From NCBI GenBank assembly GCA_037190965.1, contig JBBCKI010000019.1, positions 51,537 through 115,536 of the forward strand: DNA of 64,000 nt. The letters run 5' to 3'. A model generated the notes under the pieces. That model was given only the letters and a program-made list of their open reading frames with translations, had not been told where the DNA came from and made no database searches. Below are positions 8,084-17,335 of the stretch, in pieces. Origin of the DNA: Chthoniobacteraceae bacterium. Its GTDB lineage: Bacteria > Verrucomicrobiota > Verrucomicrobiia > Chthoniobacterales > Chthoniobacteraceae. Both the position numbers and the translations under genes were made by a program. Every line of letters begins with the position of its first letter. Position 1 is the stretch's first letter.

Positions 8084-9052
8084 ATGCAACCGGCTAAACT
8101 CTGGCTATCCCGCTACGCAAAGTTCGTCGTCGTCTTCACACTGTTTCTGATTTCAGTGGGTGGCACGGTGACGACCAAGAAGGCGGGGCTGGCAGTGCCG
8201 GATTGGCCCACCAGCTTCGGGTACAACATGTTCACTCTCCCGTTCCACTTTTGGGAGGGGGACGCTCTTTTGGAGCATTCGCATCGCCTGGTTGGCTCCG
8301 TGATGGGGATGCTGGTCATTGGCCTTTTGATCTGGACGGCCTGCGTGGAACGACGCTCGTGGGTCAAGCAGCTCACCTGGGTCGCGTTGGTCATGGTGAT
8401 TGTGCAAGGGATCATGGGCGGGCTGCGCGTCACGGAGCTCTCCATTGCCTGGGCCATCGTCCACGGCTGCACGGCTCAAGCCTTTCTTTGTCTTTTGCTC
8501 CTGATCGCGGTTGCGCTCTCGCCGGAATGGGACCGTCCTCTGGCTGCTTCGGTGAGCCCGGCGCGCGTGGCGAATTGGCGGCACTGGGCCTGGATCGTCG
8601 TCGGTGCCGTTTTTCTTCAGTTGTTTTTGGGGGCCTTCATGAGGCACATCGATGCCGGGCTGGCGATTCCGACCTTCCCTCTCACCCCCGAAGGGACCTT
8701 CATGCCGACCGTGCATAACAAGCACGTCGATATTCACTTCGCCCATCGTTTCTGGGCTCTGGTGGTGACGGTGCTTGTTGGAATCCTGACCACCAAGGTG
8801 CTCCGGTCCGCATGGGCGGAAAGGCGCTTCCGTCGACCCGCATTGGGCCTCATCGTGCTTCTGATCGTTCAGATTGCACTTGGAGCCTCGATTATCTGGA
8901 CCCAACGCGCTTCCCATCCGACGACTCTCCACGTGGTGAACGGTGCCGTGGTGCTGGCATTGAGCTTTCTTCTGGGCATTCGGGCGAACCGTTTTTCCAA
9001 GGCCCATAACGATCAACCTTTTTCGGCCTCCCCCACGCCGCTTCAAGCATGA
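8084..9052 (+). CDS. ctaA: Heme A synthase (COX15/CtaA)
   Basis: GLAVPDWP, EHSHR, QGIMGG, HFAHR; about 8 TM helices. Confidence 0.9.
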   Translation: MQPAKLWLSRYAKFVVVFTLFLISVGGTVTTKKAGLAVPDWPTSFGYNMFTLPFHFWEGDALLEHSHRLVGSVMGMLVIGLLIWTACVERRSWVKQLTWVALVMVIVQGIMGGLRVTELSIAWAIVHGCTAQAFLCLLLLIAVALSPEWDRPLAASVSPARVANWRHWAWIVVGAVFLQLFLGAFMRHIDAGLAIPTFPLTPEGTFMPTVHNKHVDIHFAHRFWALVVTVLVGILTTKVLRSAWAERRFRRPALGLIVLLIVQIALGASIIWTQRASHPTTLHVVNGAVVLALSFLLGIRANRFSKAHNDQPFSASPTPLQA

Positions 9053-9984
9053 ACGAAATCACGCAATTAGAGGGGATGGAGGGTAATCAGGCCCAGCGGC
9101 AGGGCTCCATCGAGGAGGCTGGCCTCGCCGGTTTCGTCGGAGACGTCATGCTTCTGGTCAAGGCGCGTCTGACGCTGCTGGTGGTTATCACCACGTTTGT
9201 CGGTTTTTGCATGGCGAGCCGTGGCTCCCTCGACTGGGCGCAACTTGCCCATACCGTGGTCGGCACCGCCCTGGTGGCCGCCGCCGCCGCCGCTTTCAAT
9301 CAGGTGTTGGAGATCAACGTTGACCGCCTCATGGAGCGGACCCGTCAGCGTCCGATCGCCGCGGGCCGGATGACCAAGAAGACGGCAATCCTGCTCGGTT
9401 CGATCATGGCCATCGGGGGCTTTGCCCAGCTCGCCATCGCCACCACGTGGGTCGCCGCTTATCTCTCGGCGGCTTCATTCCTGATCTACATTCTTTTCTA
9501 CACTCCGATGAAGCGTCACACGGCGCTTTGCGTGACGATCGGCGCGGTTTCCGGCGCCATTCCGCCGGTGATCGGCTGGACCGCGGTGGATGGCTCTTTT
9601 GGCATCGGCGCGTGGGTGCTGTTCGGGATTCTCTTTGCCTGGCAGATGCCCCACTTTCTTGCGATTGCCTGGATGTACCGGGACGAGTATTCGCAAGCCG
9701 GGTTTGTCATGCTGCCCAGGAAGGATTTTTCGGGGGCGTGGACAGCGGCTCAGGCGCTTCTTTACTCTGTGGCTCTCACGGCCTGCACGCTGGTTCCGTT
9801 CTTTACCGGAGAAGGGGGAGCTCTTTATCTCACGGGAGCGCTCGTGTTCGATCTTTTGATGGTGGCCTGTTCGATCTACTTCATGGTGCAGCGGACACGG
9901 CAGGCGGCGCGGCTTCTCTTTTTCTCATCGATCGTGTACCTTCCCGGGCTGCTGTTGTGCCTGATGGTTTTTACCAAACCTTGA
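9049..9984 (+). CDS. ctaB: Protoheme IX farnesyltransferase (heme O synthase)
   Basis: NQ.LE..VD.LMERT..RP, YTPMKR, GAIPPVIGW, WQMPHF. Confidence 0.95.
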   Translation: MNEITQLEGMEGNQAQRQGSIEEAGLAGFVGDVMLLVKARLTLLVVITTFVGFCMASRGSLDWAQLAHTVVGTALVAAAAAAFNQVLEINVDRLMERTRQRPIAAGRMTKKTAILLGSIMAIGGFAQLAIATTWVAAYLSAASFLIYILFYTPMKRHTALCVTIGAVSGAIPPVIGWTAVDGSFGIGAWVLFGILFAWQMPHFLAIAWMYRDEYSQAGFVMLPRKDFSGAWTAAQALLYSVALTACTLVPFFTGEGGALYLTGALVFDLLMVACSIYFMVQRTRQAARLLFFSSIVYLPGLLLCLMVFTKP

Positions 9985-10144
9985 TTCGGTCGGTTATAAG
10001 CCGGTTCTGAACCGGTCCGAACCTTGCCGCGGAAGGCGGCCTTTTGAAGTCCTGTCAGTGACACAGGGGCGCGCGGTGAAACTGTGTGTAGACAGGGAGG
10101 AGGGGATCTTCTCCTCCTTTTAACCCTTGGGGAGTCAGCTTTTC

Positions 10145-10792
10145 GTGAAAAAAATCATCTACTTTATCGCGTTATTGGTGGCGGTTGGAGGGGTCTCCTT
10201 GCAGCTCTGGCTGACCAAGCTGAGCCGTGAGCGCTCTGATGTCATTGTGCGCTCCGTCCCCGCTCAGGAGGGTTTCAGGGAATACTCCACGGTGCCGGAT
10301 TTCCAGTTTACCGACAGAAGCGGCAAGCCGGTATCGTTGGGCGACCTCAAAGGCAAGGTTTGGCTGGCGAATTTCATTTACACGACCTGCCCGACCACCT
10401 GCCCCATGCTCAGCAACCGGCTTTCGGCTCTTCAGGAAGCGGCGCTCGGAAAGGGAAACGGCGACGAAGTCCGGTTGATTTCTTTTTCCGTGGATCCGGA
10501 CAACGACACGCCGGAAGTGCTCCAGGGGTATGCCACTGCCCTGAAGGCGCAGGACCGCTGGCTTTTCCTGACCGGTCATAAGCAGCAAATCGAGCGCATC
10601 GCCCGGCAAGGGTTCCTGCTTGGGTTCGAGAAAGTCCCGGGAATTTCCAACGACATCAGCCATAGCACGAAGATCGCGCTGGTGGACCGGAAGGGAGTCG
10701 TCCGAGCTTTTTACGATGGGATCGGAGAGAACGACGAAACCCCGAAGATTCTGAAAGACATCGACGCCTTGCTCAAGGAGGACGGTAAATGA
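10145..10792 (+). CDS. SCO family copper chaperone
   Basis: FIYTTCPTTCP, SVDPDNDTP, ISHS; start GTG 10145 or TTG 10127. Confidence 0.92.
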   Translation: MKKIIYFIALLVAVGGVSLQLWLTKLSRERSDVIVRSVPAQEGFREYSTVPDFQFTDRSGKPVSLGDLKGKVWLANFIYTTCPTTCPMLSNRLSALQEAALGKGNGDEVRLISFSVDPDNDTPEVLQGYATALKAQDRWLFLTGHKQQIERIARQGFLLGFEKVPGISNDISHSTKIALVDRKGVVRAFYDGIGENDETPKILKDIDALLKEDGK

Positions 10793-11232
10793 CGATCAGC
10801 GATCTCCCCGCGCTCAATGCCAGTCTCAACTCATTGAGCACACTGTTTCTCCTCTTCGGGTGGTGGTTCATCCGGAAGGACCGAAAGAAGCAGCACATCA
10901 CGATGATGGTCTGTGCGCTGGTAACCTCCACGCTCTTCCTGGCCTCGTACCTTACCTACCACTTCAACGTCGCCGCGGTGACCAAGTTCGAAGCGGAGGG
11001 GATTATTCGCCCCATTTATCTGACGATCCTGGCGACTCATGTCGTCCTCGCCATGGTGATCGTGCCAATGGTGATCATGACCGTTGTTCCCGCGCTGCGC
11101 GCCCGATTCGATCGCCATCGGCGGATCGCCCGGTGGACCCTTCCGCTCTGGCTTTATGTTTCCGTGACCGGGGTGCTTGTCTACTTCATGCTCTACCAAT
11201 GGTTCCCGCCATCGTCCGTCGCCGCTTCCTGA
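10789..11232 (+). CDS. DUF420 (CtaM-like) membrane protein
   Basis: LPALNASLN, LFLASYL.YH, H.RIARWT.PLWLYVSVTGV. Confidence 0.9.
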   Translation: MTISDLPALNASLNSLSTLFLLFGWWFIRKDRKKQHITMMVCALVTSTLFLASYLTYHFNVAAVTKFEAEGIIRPIYLTILATHVVLAMVIVPMVIMTVVPALRARFDRHRRIARWTLPLWLYVSVTGVLVYFMLYQWFPPSSVAAS

Positions 11233-11245
11233 CCCTTATCCCTGT

Positions 11246-13147
11246 ATGAGCGCACATTGGAGCGAAAAGACCTGGCGAGAACATATCGAGAATCGGCGGC
11301 AGCAGTCGGCAGTGTGGCAGTTCATCCATCTGTGCGGCTCGATGAGGCTGGCGATGGTGCTGCTTTTCACCATCCTCGTGGCGTGCGCGATCGCCACGCT
11401 TTACGAATCCAAGTTCACCGCCCAGATCGCCCAGGCTTATGTCTACAAAAGTCAGTGGTTCATCTTCTGGCTCGCGGTGCTTTGCATCAACCTGTTTTGC
11501 GTCACGCTGACGCGCTGGCCTTGGAGACCGAAGCATTGGGGGTTTGTGATCACCCATTACGGCATCATTCTCCTGCTGATCGGCGCTGCCGTCGGGCAGA
11601 AGCTCGGGTTTGAAGCCAACGTCACGCTGCGGGTTGGCGGAGGGGCGACTCGGGACCTCATCATCAACCGGACGATTCTCCAGGTGCAAAGCGGTCAGGA
11701 CCGGCTGGCTTACAAGATCCCTGTCGACGTTCACATCCGGCCTCCGGTGCCGGAGCGCCCCAAGGCGATTGCCCTCCCGGCAAGCAAGCTCAAGTTGCGA
11801 ATCGAAAACTACGCGGAACTCGGGGAAACCCCTGAGCTGGTGGAATCGCCCCTTCCGAAATCGGGCGCCGGGGTGGCGCTGGAGTTTTCTTCCGGCATGA
11901 TGGCGCAGAGCGTCCCCGTCAACCTCACGCGTCTTCCGGAGACCGCCAGCAGCAATGACTTTTTTGGCCGGGCTCGGATCGAACTGGTCGATCAACTGCC
12001 GGATCGCTCGGGAGCGCAAGCCCCGGATCTCGCCTTTGAGGAATCGCAGATGGTCTTTGCGCAGTCCGAGCCGGTTATCTCCACCCGCAAGGGGAAGCCG
12101 AGCGGTTATCGGCTGGCGTTGATCATGGAGGGAGCCACGCCTCAGGTGGTCGTGGAATCGCCGCTTTCGACACCCGCCCCGGGTCACGGGGGCGGAGCGT
12201 CACCGCGCCGCGAGATGTTCGAGCTTTCCAAGATTCTCGGCAAGCCGTTCTCCCTTCAGGGGGAGGCGACGGAGATTCACATCCGGGAGTACTGGCCCGA
12301 CATGGAATTGCGCGACGGCGTCCCTGTTTCGAAGTCCGACGAACCCAACAACCCCGCCATGCTGGTGTTGATTTCCGGACAGGGCGCAGGGGAGAAGCCG
12401 TTGTTGGAAATCGCAATGGCGGAAGGAGGCGGGATTGTCTATCAGATGAGCCGGGGTGGCGCGGTCGCGGCCTCCGGAAAGGCGGCGGTGGGGGAGAGTT
12501 TCCAACTCGGGTGGGCCGACTGGAAGGCGTTGGTCAAGCAGGCGCTTCCCAACGCGATGATCCGCAACCAGCTTTCGCCTGTCGATGAAAAGGCGGCAGC
12601 CGCATCCGGCCGAGAAAGTCTGACCCCGGGGATCTTCGCCCGTCTGGTGGACCGGCAGAAGGGCGAGGGAGAAGCGGAATGGATTCCCTCCGGACGCGGC
12701 ACCATGTTGCGACTCGGCGACGAGACGGCTTTTGTCGGCTTCGGCCTGGAGGTTTACAAGCTTCCGTTCACCATTGAATTGTTGAAGTTCGAGGTGCCTC
12801 GCGACCCGGGGACTGAAACCCCGGCAGACTTCCAGAGCAGCGTCCGCTTTACCGACTCCGCCACCGGACAGACAGTCGATTCGTTTATTCACATGAACAA
12901 CCCGGCCAGTTTCCCGGAGGGGTTCTGGCGGGCGGCACTGGGACGCAATTTCAAGTTCTCTCAGGCTCAATGGAACGCCCGCGATCTCAACGAAACGACG
13001 CTGCAGATTCTGCATGATCCGGGCTGGCCGCTCAAGTGGATCGGCTCGCTGGGCATTTGCATTGGCATTGCAATCATGTTTTACGGCAAACCGGCGGGAT
13101 CGAAGAACCGCAAGCAATCCACGCGCAAAAGCGCAAAAACCGCATAA
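11246..13147 (+). CDS. ResB-like cytochrome c biogenesis protein (System II)
   Basis: Three N-terminal TM helices with THYGII, large soluble domain, MNNP, C-terminal DPGWPLKW.G TM. Confidence 0.8.
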   Translation: MSAHWSEKTWREHIENRRQQSAVWQFIHLCGSMRLAMVLLFTILVACAIATLYESKFTAQIAQAYVYKSQWFIFWLAVLCINLFCVTLTRWPWRPKHWGFVITHYGIILLLIGAAVGQKLGFEANVTLRVGGGATRDLIINRTILQVQSGQDRLAYKIPVDVHIRPPVPERPKAIALPASKLKLRIENYAELGETPELVESPLPKSGAGVALEFSSGMMAQSVPVNLTRLPETASSNDFFGRARIELVDQLPDRSGAQAPDLAFEESQMVFAQSEPVISTRKGKPSGYRLALIMEGATPQVVVESPLSTPAPGHGGGASPRREMFELSKILGKPFSLQGEATEIHIREYWPDMELRDGVPVSKSDEPNNPAMLVLISGQGAGEKPLLEIAMAEGGGIVYQMSRGGAVAASGKAAVGESFQLGWADWKALVKQALPNAMIRNQLSPVDEKAAAASGRESLTPGIFARLVDRQKGEGEAEWIPSGRGTMLRLGDETAFVGFGLEVYKLPFTIELLKFEVPRDPGTETPADFQSSVRFTDSATGQTVDSFIHMNNPASFPEGFWRAALGRNFKFSQAQWNARDLNETTLQILHDPGWPLKWIGSLGICIGIAIMFYGKPAGSKNRKQSTRKSAKTA

Positions 13148-13160
13148 GTCTTCTCACGCG

Positions 13161-14813
13161 ATGAAAACATATCTGTTGGCTTTCTTTCTGGCGTTGGCGG
13201 TTTCCGCCTCGGCCGCGATTACCGATTTCTCCGGTGTTGAGAATATCCCCATCCAGGGCGGTGGCCGCGAGAAGCCGTATTTCACCTACGCCACCGAAAC
13301 ACTCCAGACGCTCACCGGGCGGGCCACCTACCGCGACGGCGAAAGGAAGATCCCTGCGATGGAGGCGATCTTCGACATCGGTTTCCACCCGCACGCATGG
13401 GGCGAACGCCCGCTGATCCTGATCGATTACAAGCCGCTCAAGGAAGCCATTGGGCTCCCGACCGATCGCAAGCTTTTCTCGCTCTCGGAGCTCGCCGCGA
13501 ACGAAGGCCTCAAGGAACGGGTCGCGGAAGTTGAAAAGCTGTTGGGCGATCCTGCCAAGCCGAAGCTGAACCGCGAGCAGACCGAGGTCAGCGAGATCAC
13601 CGCCCGCGTCAGGCTGGCTCACGCCTTGATGGAGGGCAACGCGTTCGCTTTTGTCCCGCATCCCTCGGGCCCGGTGTGGCTGCCTGTCGCGTTTGTCGCC
13701 AAGGCTTACCCCAACGCGGGGGGAGAGGCGGTTGCGCAGGGCTGGACGGAACTAGGAAACGCCTTTTTGAAGGGGGATGACACGGCCTTCAGGTCGGCTG
13801 CCGGGAAGTTTGCCAGCGGGCTTTCCGCGTTGCGTCCGGACGCCTACCCAAGCGCGGATGTCATGAAGCTAGAGACCGTCTACGGCAAGGCTCATCCGTT
13901 CCGCTGGGCGTGGCTCCTCTACGCGCTGGCTGCAATCGTGCTTTGGGTGACCACGCTTTGGGCGAGGTCGGGCGGATATCGGATTGCCTGGGGCCTCATC
14001 TCCATCGGCTTCGTTCTCCAGATTGCGGGCTTTGTCGCCCGGATCATTATCGGCGGGCGGGGGCCGGTCACCAATATGTACGAGTCGGTGATCTGGGCGG
14101 CCTTCGGGACGATCCTCTTCGCCATGATTCTGGAGGCGATCTACCGTTCGCGGTATATGTTCCTCGGGGCGACTCCCGTGGCGGTGGTTTGCCTCATTCT
14201 TGCCGACACACAGACGACCATTCTCAAGCCTTCCATCGATCCGCTGGCGGCGGTATTGAGGAACAACTTCTGGCTATCCACCCATGTCACCAGCATCACG
14301 CTCAGCTACGCGGCGTTTGCGCTGGCGCTCGGGGTGGGGCATATCGTGTTGGGAAAAGTGTTTTTCAGGCGGCCTGTTTCCGCCGCCCTTTACAACTATC
14401 TCTACCGCTCGCTCCAGATCGGGGTTCTGTTGCTGGCCATCGGGACGATTCTCGGCGGCGTCTGGGCCAACGTCTCCTGGGGCCGGTTTTGGGACTGGGA
14501 CCCGAAGGAAACCTGGGCGTTAATCGCGCTGTTAGGTTATCTGGCAATCCTGCACGGTCGCATTGCCGGGTGGTGGAAAGGTTTTGGCCTGGCAGTCGGC
14601 TCGGTGCTGGCGTTCCAGTCGGTGCTGATGGCGTGGTACGGCGTCAATTTTGTCCTCGGCGAGGGCTTGCATAGTTATGGATTCGGGACGGGGGGCTTCC
14701 CTGCCGTGCTCGCTTATGTCATTGCCGAGGTCGTCTTCGTCGCCCTGGTTATTGCCCGTCGCAAGAAGGAGTCGGCGGCGGCCGAACCCGAGGTCGAAGA
14801 GATCGAGGCATAG
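13161..14813 (+). CDS. ccsA: Cytochrome c biogenesis protein CcsA/ResC
   Basis: PVTNMYES, WLSTHV, WANVSWGRFWDWDPKETW, GLHSY. Confidence 0.93.
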   Translation: MKTYLLAFFLALAVSASAAITDFSGVENIPIQGGGREKPYFTYATETLQTLTGRATYRDGERKIPAMEAIFDIGFHPHAWGERPLILIDYKPLKEAIGLPTDRKLFSLSELAANEGLKERVAEVEKLLGDPAKPKLNREQTEVSEITARVRLAHALMEGNAFAFVPHPSGPVWLPVAFVAKAYPNAGGEAVAQGWTELGNAFLKGDDTAFRSAAGKFASGLSALRPDAYPSADVMKLETVYGKAHPFRWAWLLYALAAIVLWVTTLWARSGGYRIAWGLISIGFVLQIAGFVARIIIGGRGPVTNMYESVIWAAFGTILFAMILEAIYRSRYMFLGATPVAVVCLILADTQTTILKPSIDPLAAVLRNNFWLSTHVTSITLSYAAFALALGVGHIVLGKVFFRRPVSAALYNYLYRSLQIGVLLLAIGTILGGVWANVSWGRFWDWDPKETWALIALLGYLAILHGRIAGWWKGFGLAVGSVLAFQSVLMAWYGVNFVLGEGLHSYGFGTGGFPAVLAYVIAEVVFVALVIARRKKESAAAEPEVEEIEA

Positions 14814-14965
14814 TTGCGTCCGAGCTTGAAGTTATTGCCGAGAGTTTCCAATTCTTCCGTTTCAAATTTGAATCTCAGATTTGAGATTGACCGCGAAGGG
14901 ACTGGACGCTATAGACCTGTCTAGTGAGAGACGACGACACTGTTGGGAAGAAAGCATCAACTTCA

Positions 14966-15373
14966 ATGAGTCACCAATGGCGCCTCAGGTACTATCGTCC
15001 TGCTTCGATCGGATTTGCGGGGGTTACCCTGACTATTCTAAGCCTCATTGCCCTGATGGCCTCGCCGTTTCTCCTGGTGTTTCAGCAGATGAACGGAGGC
15101 TGGGGTTATTTCCCGGATGTCAATCCTTTCTACGTGGCTGGGGCTCAGGCGGGGATCTCCGGAACGCTCTGCATTCTGTCATTCTTTATACTGAGGGGAC
15201 ATAACTGGGCCCGTTGGGGGTTTCTTCTTTTCGGAGCGGCTGTGCTCGGTTTGCTGGTGATTCGGTTCGCCTCTCCTTGGGAAGGGTTGCCCGCCTTGGG
15301 ATATGTGAGCTTTGCGGTGATTTTGTTTCGTCCGACTGCCAATGACTTTTTCAATCTCGCCAAGGCGTTTTAA
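14966..15373 (+). CDS. Hypothetical four-TM membrane protein
   Basis: Four hydrophobic segments, G.NWAR motif, ends LFRP.ANDFF; lower GC than flanks. Confidence 0.65.
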   Translation: MSHQWRLRYYRPASIGFAGVTLTILSLIALMASPFLLVFQQMNGGWGYFPDVNPFYVAGAQAGISGTLCILSFFILRGHNWARWGFLLFGAAVLGLLVIRFASPWEGLPALGYVSFAVILFRPTANDFFNLAKAF

Positions 15374-15588
15374 TGCGATGTCAGGCGAGTTCCTTGGATA
15401 AGAGGGAAGCGTTCTCTCGTTGCCAATCTCCAGATTGGTATTGCCAATATCCCCGAATCTCTGATTCGAAAGTCTTGTCATCTCAGGGTGCCGAAACGGA
15501 CAAGGGTTGCGAAACTGGAGTTTCGAAGATACGTGTCGTTCCCAAACAGAGTTTTGGAACGAGGAAAATTTTGCCAAGGCGTTTTAAT
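15359..15588. repeat. 16-bp direct repeat GCCAAGGCGTTTTAAT (15359-15374 and 15573-15588) flanking a palindromic element
   Basis: Identical 16-mers read directly from the sequence. Confidence 0.9.
15412..15564 (-). repeat. REP/REPIN-like palindromic element, family A, copy 1
   Basis: Hairpins CCAATCTCCAGATTGG, CGAAACTGGAGTTTCG, CGTTCCCAAACAGAGTTTTGGAACG; reverse complement aligns to 48342-48495. Confidence 0.85.
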
Positions 15589-15593
15589 CGCAA

Positions 15594-16709
15594 CTAGCTC
15601 CCCGCATTCATGGCGGTAAGCCAAGCCTGGTAGGCGGCGGGCGAGATCTCGGAGGGTTTGATTTCGCTGCGTCCTCCCCAGAAGACGCTGGTATAGTTGA
15701 CGGGAATCCCGCACTCCGCCAAATGCGCGTCGATGGCGGCTTTATGTTCCAGGAGGCGCGGTTTTTCCGTGCCGTGGGCGACGGCCATGATGTTGACGTT
15801 GCAAAAGTCCGGTCCTCCTTCGCGCCAGTAGCAGTGCGTCAGAATTTCATGACGGCCCACTTCGCCACCGGCCTCGATTTCACGCCCCGCCGGGACGGCC
15901 CAATGGAAGAGCCCGTTGAATCGCGTGACTCTCTGCCCGGTTTGTAGCGGTTTGACGTGCTCTAGGAACGTGGAGAACCGGCCAATGACTCGCCGCTTTT
16001 GAAGTGACTCGGCCACTTCGTAGAACGTCGGCAGCGACACTTCCGCTTCCAGCGCGCGCGCCTTCCAGGGGTGCGGGCCGATTTCTTCGAGGGCAAGCTC
16101 GCGCTTGAGGGCGACGAGAACGCGCCACTCCAGGTCGCCCAGGGTGACCACACCGGTTGGAATCATGGAGGCGGGCTGCGGGGCTCGCGTGCCCGGTTCG
16201 ACGCTTTTGCGCCGCACATGGCCCACTCCGAGCGTGAAGATCCCCCTTGCGGGCATCAGCCTGTATTGCTCGCAACCGGTTCGCTCCATCAGTAAAGCGG
16301 CGTGGCGCTCCATCGAGACTCCTGCGGGGACTTTCAAGGTGGTCCAGAGCCGGTAGTCGGACCCGGCGGTGGCCTGGTCCGTGGAGCGCACGACGACGTG
16401 ACCCGAGAACGGGTCTTCCTTCGACATGAAGTCGAACGCGGCGTTGAGTTTTTCCTCCGGCACTTTCCATGCCACCAGCGCCCCTTGCGCCAGGTTCGTG
16501 GCAATCAATGTCTGGCGAACCCGCCGGATCGTCCCCGCCGCAAGCATGGCGCGAATTCTCTCCATGACGCTTTCCAACGGCACGCCGGAGCGTTCGGCAA
16601 TGAGAAGGAACGGTTCGCGGACAAACCCCTGGATTTTATCTTCGGAGATGGAAAGAATCCGGGCATTGAGGGGGTCGGTATGGTCGATGGGTATGGCAGC
16701 AGCGCTCAC
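15594..16709 (-). CDS. Fused AhbA/AhbB (NirDL-like) siroheme decarboxylase-like / Lrp-AsnC fold protein
   Basis: Two tandem wHTH+RAM-like halves with SGHVVVR and THCYWR motifs. Confidence 0.7.
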   Translation of the reverse strand: MSAAAIPIDHTDPLNARILSISEDKIQGFVREPFLLIAERSGVPLESVMERIRAMLAAGTIRRVRQTLIATNLAQGALVAWKVPEEKLNAAFDFMSKEDPFSGHVVVRSTDQATAGSDYRLWTTLKVPAGVSMERHAALLMERTGCEQYRLMPARGIFTLGVGHVRRKSVEPGTRAPQPASMIPTGVVTLGDLEWRVLVALKRELALEEIGPHPWKARALEAEVSLPTFYEVAESLQKRRVIGRFSTFLEHVKPLQTGQRVTRFNGLFHWAVPAGREIEAGGEVGRHEILTHCYWREGGPDFCNVNIMAVAHGTEKPRLLEHKAAIDAHLAECGIPVNYTSVFWGGRSEIKPSEISPAAYQAWLTAMNAGS

Positions 16710-16816
16710 GATGTTTTACAGTCGTTCGAAACTCGTTGATTTCCAGCGAGATGGATTTTTTTTGAAAAAACTCTAAGAAACCCCCGCGATGCCGCGTTGA
16801 CTCTTTGAAAAACCCC

Positions 16817-17335
16817 ATGTCAACCAGCCCCCTGAGTTGGATCGAACCGATCCTGGAACGTTACGAGCGGCCTCTGCTCCAGTACGCCGCCAGCATTTGC
16901 GGCAACGCCGAGAATGCCCGGGATGTGGTTCAGGACACCTTTGTGCGGCTGGCACGGCATGGCGCACCCGAGGCGGAGCATCTTGCCCCGTGGCTCTTCA
17001 CTGTTTGCCGAAACCGCGCCCTGGATTGGCGTCGCAAGGAGGATCGAATCATGCCAATGAACCACGAACCGCACGATGCGGAGACGGCCGCCGACGCGCC
17101 GAGTCCTGCCGCGTCGCTGCAACAAAAGGAGACGGCAGAGCGCCTCGCCGTTTTGTTGGAGCACCTTTCCGAGAACCAGCGGGAGGTGATCCGGCTGCGC
17201 TTCCAGTGCGATCTGAGCTACCGGGAGATCAGCGAGATCACGCAACTCGGCGTCAGCAACGTCGGGTTTCTCATTCACACGGGCCTTAAAAAGCTGCGCC
17301 AGCTGTGGCCCGAAAATCTGGAGGTAAAATCATGA
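16817..17335 (+). CDS. ECF sigma-70 factor
   Basis: ARDVVQDTF, WLFTVCRN.ALD, QREVI.LRF...LSY.EIS. Confidence 0.93.
   Translation: MSTSPLSWIEPILERYERPLLQYAASICGNAENARDVVQDTFVRLARHGAPEAEHLAPWLFTVCRNRALDWRRKEDRIMPMNHEPHDAETAADAPSPAASLQQKETAERLAVLLEHLSENQREVIRLRFQCDLSYREISEITQLGVSNVGFLIHTGLKKLRQLWPENLEVKS

Noticed and set aside
14860..14890. AT-rich palindromes TTCAAATTTGAA and AATCTCA/TGAGATT
   Set aside because: Short, single occurrence; cannot separate operator, terminator or chance
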